Source: Candidatus Poribacteria bacterium (lineage in GTDB: Bacteria > Poribacteria > WGA-4E > PCPOR2b). From it: a DNA stretch of 64,000 nt. The notes below the pieces were generated by a model. The model had not been told where the DNA came from. It saw only the letters and a list, made by a program, of their open reading frames with translations, and did no database searches. Location: assembly GCA_965218095.1 (NCBI GenBank), contig OZ244587.1:992001-1056000 (forward strand). Direction: 5' to 3'. The number at the start of each line of letters is the position of its first letter. Within the stretch, counting starts at the first letter, position 1. Below are positions 31,671 to 42,253 of the stretch, piece after piece. The position numbers were made by a program, and so were the translations under genes.

Positions 31671-32537
31671 CTAAGCCGTCGAGAGGAAACCATCCAACGC
31701 CTCCCATGAATCGACGCGCAGGATTGTCCCCTGATAATGCCGGGCCGAATCGAATCGCATTCCCTCTCGAAGTTCTTGCATCGGAAGATGGAACCGTTCG
31801 CTTGTTTGCATCGCGGTGCGATTCTGACCAATCAGGACTCCCAGATCCGCGTCGAGGATAGCGAGGAAGTCCGAGATCGAATCTCCAATGTACAGCGTTC
31901 GGCTCGGCTCCTCTCCCTGCCTATGTGTGTGAGATTCTTGACGCAGGGGAACGCATTTTCGTTCTCTGAACTTTCTCAACTTGTCCTGTGCGGAAACGAC
32001 GTGCAGATGGATGCTCCCTGTCGAACACCCCGCCGCATCATACGTCAAACAGTTGGTAATCACTTGATCGCAGAGTTCGCCCATCGCTCCTTCGATTAAT
32101 GCCTTCGACCAGTTGGCCGATAAAATTTCGGTCTCGACCCCGTCCGCTCGCATGGTGGACAATACTCGGTCAACCCCCGGCTTCTTGACAACCTTCCGTC
32201 CTATTGCTCTCAACCCTTCCCTTGTGAGCCCCGCGAGTAACCCTTTATCCATCACCTTTTGGATGGACGCTGACTCAAGTTCCTCGAAAGCTTTCAGGAA
32301 ATCAACGAGTGACGAGTGACGAGTAACGAGTGATTGTCGATTCCCCAGCCATTCGTCGCGGATTCGATTATACCGCGTTGAATACCATCCCACCATCTTC
32401 TGCCACGCCGCGAGAAACTGCGCCTTCCTACGCTGGCAGTTGTCAGCCGCTGCATACACGAGCAAGTTGATTGTATCCTGTTCCGATACCGTTCCGTCAA
32501 AATCGGTGATGAGTTTATTGATTGGATATTTTGGCAT
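31671..32537 (-). CDS. HAD-superfamily hydrolase
   Basis: ITDFDGT motif I, ILSANW motif II, YIGDSISD motif IV. Confidence 0.85.
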   Translation of the reverse strand: MPKYPINKLITDFDGTVSEQDTINLLVYAAADNCQRRKAQFLAAWQKMVGWYSTRYNRIRDEWLGNRQSLVTRHSSLVDFLKAFEELESASIQKVMDKGLLAGLTREGLRAIGRKVVKKPGVDRVLSTMRADGVETEILSANWSKALIEGAMGELCDQVITNCLTYDAAGCSTGSIHLHVVSAQDKLRKFRERKCVPLRQESHTHRQGEEPSRTLYIGDSISDFLAILDADLGVLIGQNRTAMQTSERFHLPMQELREGMRFDSARHYQGTILRVDSWEALDGFLSTA

Positions 32538-32582
32538 GATGCGTGAAACGTGATGCGTGAAATGTAAAACGTGATGAGTAAG
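32538..32582. repeat. heptamer tandem repeat
   Basis: GATGCG TGAAACG TGATGCG TGAAATG TAAAACG TGATGAG. Confidence 0.7.
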
Positions 32583-32937
32583 TCTGTGGACGCAAATTTT
32601 CCGCGCTTTCATATTTTTACATTCGGGAAAAGATCACCTGCTTGAGAGTCAGCCCAAAGGTAGCCTCCAAAATCGAGCCGGCTACTTATTGCGAGCCATT
32701 GAGCGGGGAATCGTCCAACTCAAAGCAGCAGAGAAGTGAACGTTTGCCCAAATCGTTGATACGTCGTCGCCCAAAGTTCCTTAATGTCAGAAAGGGTCTC
32801 ATCTTGCCTTCAACTCAATTGACGAAAAGAGGTCGCCGAGGCGATCTCCTTGATGCTGACATACGCAACGCAACCGGCAGAACTTGCTAATGCGCAAGGG
32901 GAAATCGGCGAGACTTCGCGTTTCATGGGAAGGGACG

Positions 32938-33219
32938 TTAGCTGCCAGTAATCTTAATCCCGCTGACGACACCCTTGAGAAATGAGACGGACACCTGAAT
33001 GTCACCATCATCGTCAGGGACATTCCACCATTCCCAAAGGTCAAAGACTTTGCCTGCCGTGGTATGGTCGGGTTCACCCAAGATCTCGACGACTTGTTTC
33101 TGCGTCATGCCAATCTCTATACGGTGCGTGAGTCGGGTGTTGGTTTTTGTCTGCACTGCGAGGCGCTGCTGTCTGTGGTCGAGTTGCTGCATAAGGGATT
33201 CCATTTGCGTGTCTTTCAC
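32938..33219 (-). CDS. small protein with SmpA/BamE-like motif (possibly a C-terminal fragment)
   Basis: IEIGMTQKQVVEILGEPD motif. Confidence 0.5.
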   Translation of the reverse strand: MKDTQMESLMQQLDHRQQRLAVQTKTNTRLTHRIEIGMTQKQVVEILGEPDHTTAGKVFDLWEWWNVPDDDGDIQVSVSFLKGVVSGIKITGS

Positions 33220-33689
33220 ACGTAATTGCCCACGTATTTCGTCAATTAAACATTGTGTTCCTTAGATGTATCTCCCACGCAGCCTCACAAAGGGAATAAC
33301 ACACGTAAAAACGCATGTATTTGGATGTGTGTTTCATTTTTTCAAACCAGCTTTCTGCTGTTGCGTTGCGGTGGTCGCGGTAAGAAAGGAGAAATCGCAT
33401 GAACAGATGGAGCGCCCCGATCTGCTCCTCGGCTCTCCCGTTCCCGGAGGCTTTCACAGCGCTGAGTGGTCCTTTTATTGATGCGGGTTTAGGACAATGC
33501 GTTCTAACGAGTAACATTATTGTATTCATTAAACGCCGCCGGGGAGTTGGGCTCATGAAACACCACTTCTTTATTACCCTCGTTGTTCTGTCTTAACCGC
33601 CCCAGGGACGTATTGACGAACCCAAGCGATTACCGCTTCATCGGATTTCCCGCCTGATGCCGTTCAAATGATATCCTGCTCAAAAAACT

Positions 33690-33807
33690 GATTGAAATCT
33701 ACCGATACAATATTCTTGACCTGCTGCCGTACCACCAGGTGATATGTCGCAGCGATGCCAGCCACCCTCGCGCCGCAAATGACAATGTCTGAAGTTATCC
33801 GTCTCAA
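33690..33807 (-). pseudogene. 5' stub of an FAD-dependent oxidoreductase
   Basis: AGGAAGG RBS, then LRRITSDIVICGARVAGIAATYHLVVRQQVKNIV; frame lost afterwards. Confidence 0.5.
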
Positions 33808-33822
33808 CCCCAAGTCCCTTCC

Positions 33823-35055
33823 TCAAGCCAACCACAGGTCGTGAGGGATGAATTCCTCGTTGGTGAGGATCTCAATCCCGTCGTGCGTGATTAACACATT
33901 GTCTTCCAAACCATATTTTTCTGTCGCCTCCCAGAAGGGGAAAACGCCCCCGCCGGTGATGTACGGCTCAACCGCCAAGACCATATGCTCTTCCAGTGGG
34001 GTTGAGTTACCCGCAGACAGCCCCGGATGTTCATGAATGTTGAGACCAATCCCGTGACCGATAGCAGACCAGCCATTTTCCAGACACCAATCGGAAAAGT
34101 CCTTGTACCCAGCCCGATTGTTGACCTCAAAGGCGGCCTCCAACACCTCACCGCAACGTATTCCCGGTTTCATCACGCTCAAGGTGGTCTCGAGTCCCTC
34201 CTTGGCAAGCTCGAAAAACTGGCGTTGATCTGGTCGCGGCTCTCCGATACACGCGATTCTCTTAAGGTCCGACCAGTACCCCTCGAACAAGCAGCCGCCA
34301 TCGAATTGGATGATGTCACCCTTTTTCAAAACGTAATCGCTGGGAGTGGAATCCGCCCACATCAGTCTTGGCCCGGCGTAAACACAGGTCAAGCCCGTTT
34401 CTGTTGCACCTCCCTCGAACATAACCGTGTGCATCACACGCGCAATTTCACGTTCGGTCACGCCCGGGCGGAGGCGCTCGAAGCCAGCTTTGACAGCCTT
34501 GCAGGAGATTTCACACGCCGTTCGCAAACGCTCGATTTCACGCTCGGATTTGATGCTACGCACTTGCCAGATTGCGTCTGTCGCGTCGATAATGTTGGTT
34601 TTTGGTAGCGCGTGACGCAGTTGGTCTAGATGGGTCACGCCCATATGCACATGCATATTCGCCCCTAACTCCATTCCGACGACCGCATCAAACAGCTTTT
34701 TCTCTTTCAGAACCGCCGCAATCAACGGTGTCGCATTAGTCTGATCGCTCATGTAAAAGGCTTTGGGCCAATTCCAATAGTGTATCTCCTCCACCCATGA
34801 CGCCTTTGCCAAGTGCTGAAATCCGTTAGCAAAAATCAGGGCGGGCGGGATGCTTTCATCGCATGGCACCACCATAAAGAAATAAAAATGCTTGCAACAC
34901 CACGCTCCCTGATTAAACCCCGCGAAATAGCGGAGATTCTCCTGGTTGGTCAACAACAATACATCGATTTTGCTCGCTTTGAGAATTTGTCGACAACGCT
35001 GCCATCTGGCTTCGTATTCTTGCCTCGGAAAATCTGGAAAGTGAGTTTCTTTCAT
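33823..35055 (-). CDS. Xaa-Pro peptidase family (M24) protein
   Basis: IKSEREIE, DGGC.FEGYWSD, GHGIGLNIHEHP, VEP, LEDNVLIT motifs. Confidence 0.9.
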   Translation of the reverse strand: MKETHFPDFPRQEYEARWQRCRQILKASKIDVLLLTNQENLRYFAGFNQGAWCCKHFYFFMVVPCDESIPPALIFANGFQHLAKASWVEEIHYWNWPKAFYMSDQTNATPLIAAVLKEKKLFDAVVGMELGANMHVHMGVTHLDQLRHALPKTNIIDATDAIWQVRSIKSEREIERLRTACEISCKAVKAGFERLRPGVTEREIARVMHTVMFEGGATETGLTCVYAGPRLMWADSTPSDYVLKKGDIIQFDGGCLFEGYWSDLKRIACIGEPRPDQRQFFELAKEGLETTLSVMKPGIRCGEVLEAAFEVNNRAGYKDFSDWCLENGWSAIGHGIGLNIHEHPGLSAGNSTPLEEHMVLAVEPYITGGGVFPFWEATEKYGLEDNVLITHDGIEILTNEEFIPHDLWLA

Positions 35056-35093
35056 CAGTCACTGCCTTTCGTCTGGATAAGACCTTGATTTAG

Positions 35094-35355
35094 CTACCAA
35101 GGCGCCGCGACTCTTAAGTCTCCGGCGATCTCTTCCAATAGCGCCCGGTGCTGCTCTCCCAACGGGATACCCTCAATCGCCCAGTCTCGCTCCCGGCGCC
35201 ATTCAAGTGCCCCGGCTAATTCGGCGGTTTCCTGGCCAGGCATCGGTGGGAGCACCCGACTGGCAGCGATGATACGTTCGACCTCCGACTTAAAATGGTC
35301 TGCGTCTCCCAACGAATCCGGTCGAAACGCAACGATTAGGAATCCGCGATCGCTT
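35094..35355 (-). pseudogene. C-terminal fragment of an Ldh_2 (malate/L-lactate dehydrogenase type 2) family gene
   Basis: GFLIVAFRPD...FKSEVERII...ELAGALEW...EGIPL; 5' part replaced by IS remnant. Confidence 0.6.
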
Positions 35356-35399
35356 CGTTAGTCAGACGTAACCGAGGATTAGCCCGAAAGTTAGCCACG

Positions 35400-35640
35400 T
35401 TAGAACATGGGCTGTTCGGGCTGTATGTACAATTTCTGTTGGAGACACCAGACACTGGGTGAACACACGCCGGCGACGGCCGCCGAGATAACAGATCATC
35501 AATGGCGTGTCAGACAACTGTTCTGCTATGTGATGCCATGCCAGCACCGCTTTGGCAACCGCCTAAGCGGAAAGGGAGACCCCAAAAGGCTTTCACACGT
35601 TAGTGTACATTTACCGTGCCTATCTGGCTCAACCGCTTTA
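35400..35640 (+). mobile_element. IS1-family-like transposase C-terminal remnant
   Basis: YNFCWRHQTLGEHTPATAAEITDHQWRVRQLF resembles the C-terminal TPAMAAGLTDHxW motif. Confidence 0.55.
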
Positions 35641-35669
35641 CACTTTAACACCAACTGCGTAACTTCTAC

Positions 35670-36223
35670 GGTTATTGTTTCGGAGGTATCTTGGCTCTTG
35701 AGATCGCTCAACAGTTGCAAACGCGAGGTAAGCAGGTCGAGTTGCTCATTTTACTTCAGGCCAGGTTTCGTATCTCTTTCAAACATTAAGTCTATTATAT
35801 CCGACGACGTCTCATCGATCACGCGCGTAACTTTTTGCGACTCAGGCCCGCCGAGCAACTGACCTATTTTCTTTTCTCGACTTGGTGAAGGAAGCCAAGA
35901 GAGATATTAGCAGGAGGATTAAACGAAACCTACGACGTTTCCATCGGGATAAAAAACCTCAACCTTCCAGCACTCACGCGAAGCCCGATACCGCCAATTT
36001 TGATGCAAGCACTGACTATGAGCCAAAATCTTACTCCGGACGAATTATCCTTTTCTACGGCAACGAGCGTCCACCTAAACATCCAGATGATCTCCGGGTT
36101 GTGGTCTGACGCAAAGTAACGGATCAACTGGAGGTCAGAACGGCACCGGGTAAACAGATGGGAATGTTACGAGAACCTCACGCCCGATAAGTCGCCGAGC
36201 AGGTGAAGGAGTACCCGGATTAG
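35670..36223 (+). pseudogene. NRPS/PKS-type thioesterase domain remnant
   Basis: GYCFGGILALEIAQQLQTRGKQVELLILL, YEPKSYSGRIILF, PGKQMGMLREP; several frameshifts and stops. Confidence 0.65.
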
Positions 36224-36291
36224 GCTAGACAAAGAGGTTAAGGGTTAGTCAGCCATGCGTCTTTACTGCTTATGACGAACTGGGACTATTT

Positions 36292-37131
36292 CTACCGATC
36301 AATCCCTGCCTCAACGAAAGCGCGAGATAGAGTTTCATAAGACAGCGTTGCCGCCGCCAACGGATCATAGTTTTCACGGGCTTGTACCATAAAACTCACT
36401 TCAGCCGTGATGAACCCATCATAGCCGTGCTGCTGCATTAACTTCAGGTAGTTCACGTAATCGAAGGGTCCCTCGCCGGGGATGAGGAACTCAAAATCGG
36501 GAGCAAGTCCGCGCTGATCTTTGACGTGCGTATGGGCAGAATGCGGTGCGAGGGCAGCGACACTTTCCTCGGTTGGTATGCCAATGATGTCAAAGTGACT
36601 GATGTCGAAATTGACCTTGAGGTAGGGTGAGCCCACCAAATTGAGGAGCTCAAGTACTTTATCAGGCGTGTCGATCAGGCCACCAATGTGAGGCTCCATA
36701 GCAACCGTCACCGCGTGTGCGGCTGCGTATTCAACCACCTCGCCCGTCCGTTCGGCGAGAAATTGCTTGCTATTTTCCCAGTCTTCTGGCTGCCCACCCG
36801 ATGTCGTGTTAATTGCCGGTGGGGTATCTTCTGGCACGAGCTCCAGTCCCAGATCGACTGCACCTTTCAACCGCCACAGGCTTTGCGCGTGTGCTTCGGC
36901 ATCCATTTCTATCAGACTCGAATGTGCGGCAATCGCCGGTAACATCAAATCGTATTCTTTCAACAATCCCGCAATTCGTTTCCGCTCAGCGGTGTCAAGC
37001 GTGCTCAACTCCGTGATGAAACGTGGGCCAACCGCTAACTCCATCCCATCAAACCCAAGCTGTGCGATATGACGAATTGCTGTATCAATGGGGACGGTCG
37101 GCATCCCCCATGTGCTATAACCGAGTTTCAT
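36292..37131 (-). CDS. sugar phosphate isomerase/epimerase (xylose isomerase-like TIM barrel)
   Basis: MEPH, NFDISH, HTHVKD, GYDGFITAE motifs. Confidence 0.9.
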   Translation of the reverse strand: MKLGYSTWGMPTVPIDTAIRHIAQLGFDGMELAVGPRFITELSTLDTAERKRIAGLLKEYDLMLPAIAAHSSLIEMDAEAHAQSLWRLKGAVDLGLELVPEDTPPAINTTSGGQPEDWENSKQFLAERTGEVVEYAAAHAVTVAMEPHIGGLIDTPDKVLELLNLVGSPYLKVNFDISHFDIIGIPTEESVAALAPHSAHTHVKDQRGLAPDFEFLIPGEGPFDYVNYLKLMQQHGYDGFITAEVSFMVQARENYDPLAAATLSYETLSRAFVEAGIDR

Positions 37132-37189
37132 AGATTGTCTCCTCTGAATCGTCTTAGGTTTTACGCATTACGCAACACGCACTACGTAC

Positions 37190-38455
37190 CTATATTCCCA
37201 AACCTTCGTTAATTTCCCGCTGATAGTCGTTAACCTGCTCGGCAAGCACGTCGTCGATAGTGACGAGGTGTCCAGTTTCCCCCGATTCCAGTATTCCATA
37301 AGAAACGGCAACAGATCGCGTTCCCTGTTCAGCGTCCACCTCAACCGGGTGCTCGCCGGAAATCGCCTGCGCAAAATCTCCGTATTCGATGGCGATAATC
37401 TTTCGGTCCGTTTCAGGGAATGGGAACTCGTAACGCCACAACCGATCTCCGCCCCACAGGTCTGTTGTCACTGCATCCAGGTGAAAGTTGGGGACGAGCT
37501 CAAGTATCTTCTCATCACTGATGGGGGCTTCGCCGTCAATGTGCAGTGTGATATTCCCACCGCTACGGTCTCCGGGCAAGTCCATTGAGCCGCGAGAACC
37601 GTAGATCTGCCGTGACCACACACTCTGACCACGTCCAGCGTGATCTTCGATGTACTGACCCACTGCGCCGTTTTTGAAGATCAACGTTGCATAAGCAGCG
37701 TCCTCTGCTGTGACTTCAAATTCGGCTGGCATCTCCTTCTGCCAACGTCCGTAGACGCCGCCGGGATTTAATCCGGCTGTTCCACCGCTGTCCGCAGGGT
37801 TCTTGCGGATGGGCTCATAGAGCCGCGTTTTTGCGTAAACCGTTTCGATTTCGCCGAGCAGGTACTCCATCATATCTGTGAAGTGAACGCCGACATCAAG
37901 TAGCACGCCGCTTTGGTCCTTCTAGTGATGCCACACAGAGATCAACCTCCCGTCGCCGCCGCCAATCGTGTGATGGATGAGAAAGCGTGGAATTCCGATG
38001 ACGCCCGCATTCAACAGAGCTTTCGCCAAACGGTTGATGGGGTCACGACGGTAATTTTCCGCCACGCTCAAAATGGCGTCGGATTTCTTCGCTGCATGAT
38101 GGATGAGATTGCAGGCACGGACGGTCAACCCCATCGGCTTTTCGACCATCGTGTGCCAGCTCCACTCCAGCGTCTTGATGGCGACTGTGTGATGGTATCG
38201 TGGCGTCGTGGTCACATCGACCGCTTCAACGCTAAGCGCAGCCAGCCCCTCCAGATCGCCGACAACGGTTGGGCGGGTTCCAAAATACTCTGCCGCTTAA
38301 TCGGCGAGGTATTCGGCGTTGTCCTGTACCGGATCGCACGCCCCAACAAGGTCAAAGCGTTCCCACCCCGCACGGTGAAGTTCCGCAAGCCCGTACAAAT
38401 GACGATGCCCCATACCGCCGCAGCCAACAATGGCTAATCGAATTTTCTCGCTCAC
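37190..38455 (-). pseudogene. Gfo/Idh/MocA oxidoreductase with two in-frame nonsense codons (TAA 38297-38299, TAG 37922-37924)
   Basis: One frame from GTG 38455 (IVGCGGMG, VEKPMG, ENYRRDP, LLDVGVH) interrupted only by the two stops. Confidence 0.85.
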
Positions 38456-38656
38456 TGTTCTCCTCCCCTTGGATTGCTATCAGGATTTTAATGGGGTCAT
38501 TATAAGGTAGTCGTGAGCTGATGTCAATACCAAAAAGATTTGAAGTCTGGTCGGCGCCAATCTGTTGAAGTTGATAATTCTCTTGCATTGCAACTTGGGT
38601 TTCTGATAAAATCTATAAAATAAACCGAACTGACCTAATCAAGAAAGTATGTTGCA

Positions 38657-39205
38657 ATGAAACACGTGTGCGTATTCTGCGGATCAAGTATGGGGAGGAA
38701 ACCGGCGTATGCCAAAGCCGCAAGGCAGTTAGGCCACGCTCTGGCCAGCAGAAATCTGGGGCTTGTCTACGGCGGCACAAACGTTGGCACGATGGGTGAG
38801 CTTGCCAACGCTGCCCTTGAGGGCGGCGGCGAAGTGATTGGCGTCGTGCCTACGATATTCGTCGAAAAGGAAATCGCCCACGCCGCGCTTTCCGATCTGC
38901 GAATTGTTGACTCGATGCACGAGCGAAAAGGGCTCATGGCTGAACTTTCCGATGGTTTTATCGCGCTCCCCGGCGGACTCGGCACGATCGACGAATTTTT
39001 TGAGATGGTAACGTGGACGCAACTCGGTCTACATCGAAAACCGTGTGGTCTTCTGAACGTATGTCAGTATTACACCAAGTTAACGGATTTCCTCGATTAC
39101 GCAGTTTCGGAGGGATTGATCAAGGCGCATCACCGTTCACTGATGTTGATCGATGAAAGCCCGGCTGCGTTGCTCAAGAAGTTTGACGAGTTTCTGACCA
39201 ATTGA
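38657..39205 (+). CDS. LOG family nucleotide phosphoribohydrolase (TIGR00730)
   Basis: CVFCGSS, LVYGG, MHERK, PGGLGTIDE motifs. Confidence 0.93.
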   Translation: MKHVCVFCGSSMGRKPAYAKAARQLGHALASRNLGLVYGGTNVGTMGELANAALEGGGEVIGVVPTIFVEKEIAHAALSDLRIVDSMHERKGLMAELSDGFIALPGGLGTIDEFFEMVTWTQLGLHRKPCGLLNVCQYYTKLTDFLDYAVSEGLIKAHHRSLMLIDESPAALLKKFDEFLTN

Positions 39206-39245
39206 ATAGATCACAGGATACATAAAGCTCCCCCAAGGAGAATAC

Positions 39246-39285
39246 CATGAAAGCAGCCGTCTTTGAAGAAACCGGGAAATTAAGC
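39246..39285 (+). repeat. 40-bp direct repeat, copy 1 (duplicated start of the ADH gene)
   Basis: CATGAAAGCAGCCGTCTTTGAAGAAACCGGGAAATTAAGC, identical to 41233..41272. Confidence 0.9.
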
Positions 39286-39286
39286 C

Positions 39287-39319
39287 GTAGGTTGGGGTGA
39301 GGCACGAGACCCAACCTAC
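39287..39319 (+). repeat. GTAG-type REP-like palindrome
   Basis: GTAGGTTGGG...CCCAACCTAC, 10-bp stem. Confidence 0.7.
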
Positions 39320-39338
39320 CCAATCACTGAGATCGAAG

Positions 39339-39767
39339 ATGTCAGAAGAACAAAGAAATAGTACGACCCCATCGAATGAATCTACGGCTCAAACTCAGGG
39401 CAAATCAGGTGGGATCTCCGTTCTTTCATTAATTGAGGAACGTCTCACCCAAGCGGATAATCCCCAAGATATTGTTCTCTAGACTCAGGTGCGCGAGGAG
39501 ATAAGACGACAGAATATAAGACGACAGAATGAGGAATCGAAAAATCAAGACCACCAACGTTTCTTGGAAAAAGCGCAGTTATGGTATAAGATGGGATTTT
39601 CTGTCAGTGCTTTTGTTGTCAGTATAGGCCTGCTTATTGGTGGCTTGACTCATCCAGGATTTTTCATATTGGGTGCAGGACTTTTCGGGTTCGCCCCGAA
39701 CTATGTGAAGGCGTTTTTAAGAATTTTCAGAGAAAAAGGTAAAGGAGGAGAAAATGCGGAAAAATAG
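39339..39767 (+). pseudogene. small membrane protein gene with in-frame TAG at 39480-39482
   Basis: ORFs 39297..39482 and 39489..39767 are in frame; two C-terminal TM helices. Confidence 0.6.
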
Positions 39768-41237
39768 AGCAGTCTATAGTCTAGCGGTTGGTGGTTTTCT
39801 TGCCTTGCTTACGGCCGGTCTGCTTTCCCTGGTTGCACAAGATAGAATGGCACCCGAAATAGACCAGGTATTGATGATTATTGCAGGGATGACCACAGTT
39901 GCTGCACTGACAGCATTTCAACAATCTGTAGAGAATAGTACGTCACCTTCTTTTGTTCATGTCTCTTTTAATGAGGTTTTCGTGAGCAAGAGTCTTTCTG
40001 AAGGACTTACAGCACCTGATACAACCCCTGTTGATGCAGAGGAGATTGCAGAACCTTGGGATTTAAGTCTCGGGCAGCTAGGTTCTGTTGACATTTGAGT
40101 ATAAGGTTGTGGCATAATAGAAGAATGACGCCAATAACCTTACCTGATGAACAATGGAATAAGATATACCGGTTTCTTCTAAGCTGTCCCACCATCTATG
40201 TTGGCGACGAAGCTGCTACACGCCGCTTCGTCGAAGCCGTCCTGTGGGTGACTCGTAGTGGGGCTCAATGGAGACTTCTACCAGACACCTATGGCAAATG
40301 GAACACCCGCTACAAGCGGTTTGCTCGATGGTGCGACAAAGGTATCTTCACACAGATGCACCCTCACTTTGCCTCTGACCCCGATATCGAGTCGCTTATT
40401 GTGGACAGTACCATCTGCCGCGCTCACCCGTGTGCGGCGGGCGCCTTAAAAAGCTGGCGCCTTAAAAAAAAGGGTGGCACTGAAAACCAAGCATTAGGTC
40501 GGTCTCGGGGCGGTTTCAGTACAAAAATTCACATCACAGTTGACGGACTAGGCAATCCGCTAAGAATTCATCTGACCCCCGGTCAGAGACATGACATAAC
40601 TGAGGCGGAAGGGTTGATAATCGGATATAACAGTGAATATGTGATTGGAGACAAGGGGTACGATTCGGACGCTTTTATCGCCGTTATTGAGGCGAATGGA
40701 GCGATTGCGGTGATACCGCCAAAAAGTCATCGTGTTGACCAAAGAACGTATGACAAACACTTAATACAAAGAGAGACATCGGGTTGAATGTTTCATCAAC
40801 AAGATAAAATGGTATCGTCGTATCTTCTCTCGGTTTGAGAAGCTAGCTGTCCGTTATTTTGGATTTCTCAGCTTTGTCGCCACTCTTATATGGCTCCCTT
40901 GAAATGTCAACAGAACCTAGTTGGCTTAGACAACTCGTTGGCATTAGCAAAATTGCGGATGGAGCTTGAACGAGAACTCAGACACATTGCTTACAATAAC
41001 CAGATAGATATCAGTTCTCGTCCGTTAGGGGTTACAGGAATCGCTCAAGAACTTTTGTCTCGAAAAATTTTACCCGCGACTTGGCTTGGAGCTTTGAAAG
41101 AAATTACATCTGTTTGCAATCAGGCGGTACATGGAATGGAAATCCCTGACGATATCGCTATCTCTGTTGTGAGAGTTGGTGGCCAACTGCTTGAACAACT
41201 TCGTTTCGTGCGAAACAAAGGAGGCCTGTATTCATGA
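39754..41237 (+). pseudogene. membrane-anchored hypothetical protein (C-terminal HEPN/DUF4145-like helical domain) split by IS5
   Basis: Removing the IS and one TA rejoins ...SLGQL|VGLDNSLALAKLRMELERELR...CNQAVHG in frame. Confidence 0.7.
40081..40917 (+). mobile_element. IS5 family (IS427-like) element, copy 1, 837 bp; transposase frameshifted near 40763
   Basis: IRs GGTTCTGTTGACATTT / AAATGTCAACAGAACC; TA duplication in CTAG; DST...GRSRGG...TKIH...GDKGYD; one extra A compared with copy 2. Confidence 0.93.
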
Positions 41238-42253
41238 AAGCAGCCGTCTTTGAAGAAACCGGGAAATTAAGCGTACAGGATAAGCCAATCCCAACGCTCG
41301 ATTCAGGTGATGCCCTCATTAGAGTCGATCTATGCGGTATCTGCGCATCTGACTTGGCAGCGCTCAACGGAGACATCACAGATTACTCCCCGCCTGTCGT
41401 GATGGGACATGAACTCGCTGGCGTCGTCGTTGAAAGCCGACATCCCAGTGTGAGAGTCGGCGAGAAAGTGACGGTCAACCCAATGCTCTCCTGCGGAAAC
41501 TGCGATTACTGCCGGGCCGATCTGGACAAATATTGCTCAAACATTGAGGGAATTGGACATGACATTGACGGTGGATACGCGGAATACCTTCGAATGCCGA
41601 AGCATGGAATTGAAACGGGCAAGCTCATTTCCGTACCGGATACGATTTCGCCGGAAGAACTGATTTTTCTGGAGCCGTTGGGATGCTGTATCAACGCGAT
41701 GCGTGAGACAATCTTCGATAAAAGCGTCGCTATTCTAGGCGCGGGGCCCATCGGGCTTATGTTTGCCCAACTGACGAGAAAGGCGGGATTGCAGACATTC
41801 GTTCTTGAACCGCTCGCACATCGGCGGGGAGTGGCGGCTGAAGTTGGTGCAGACGCTACGTTTGATATTACAGGGGAGCAGGTGGAGGCACTTATTGAGA
41901 CAACTAACGGCGGCGTGGATACCGTCATCTCTGCGGCAGTCAATAATCAACGCGCGATTGATCTCGCCTTCAAGATTGTGCGGCGAGGCGGCTGTGTGAA
42001 TTTCTTCGGGCTGGCACCGGGAGGGCAGGAGCTGCGGATTAACCTTGAGCATTTTCATTATATGGGGCATAAACTGATGGCGTCGTGGGCATTCTCGCGC
42101 TGGAGCTTGAACGAATCCCGTCAAGTGCTTATTGACGACGAGATTAACCTTAAGCCTTTACTGACAGATCGATTTCCGATTGAGGGAGTGGTTGAAGGGT
42201 TTGAAAATGCCCGGCAACAACGCGGTGTGAAAAGCGTTCTGGTCGGCGGGTAA
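41234..42253 (+). CDS. zinc-dependent alcohol dehydrogenase (sorbitol/threonine DH-like MDR)
   Basis: CGICASD, GHE, CGNCDYC..C, GAGPIG motifs. Confidence 0.92.
   Translation: MKAAVFEETGKLSVQDKPIPTLDSGDALIRVDLCGICASDLAALNGDITDYSPPVVMGHELAGVVVESRHPSVRVGEKVTVNPMLSCGNCDYCRADLDKYCSNIEGIGHDIDGGYAEYLRMPKHGIETGKLISVPDTISPEELIFLEPLGCCINAMRETIFDKSVAILGAGPIGLMFAQLTRKAGLQTFVLEPLAHRRGVAAEVGADATFDITGEQVEALIETTNGGVDTVISAAVNNQRAIDLAFKIVRRGGCVNFFGLAPGGQELRINLEHFHYMGHKLMASWAFSRWSLNESRQVLIDDEINLKPLLTDRFPIEGVVEGFENARQQRGVKSVLVGG

Noticed and set aside
32642-32930. Possible PIN-type toxin-antitoxin remnant
   Set aside because: Only scattered short motifs in different frames; too degraded to support
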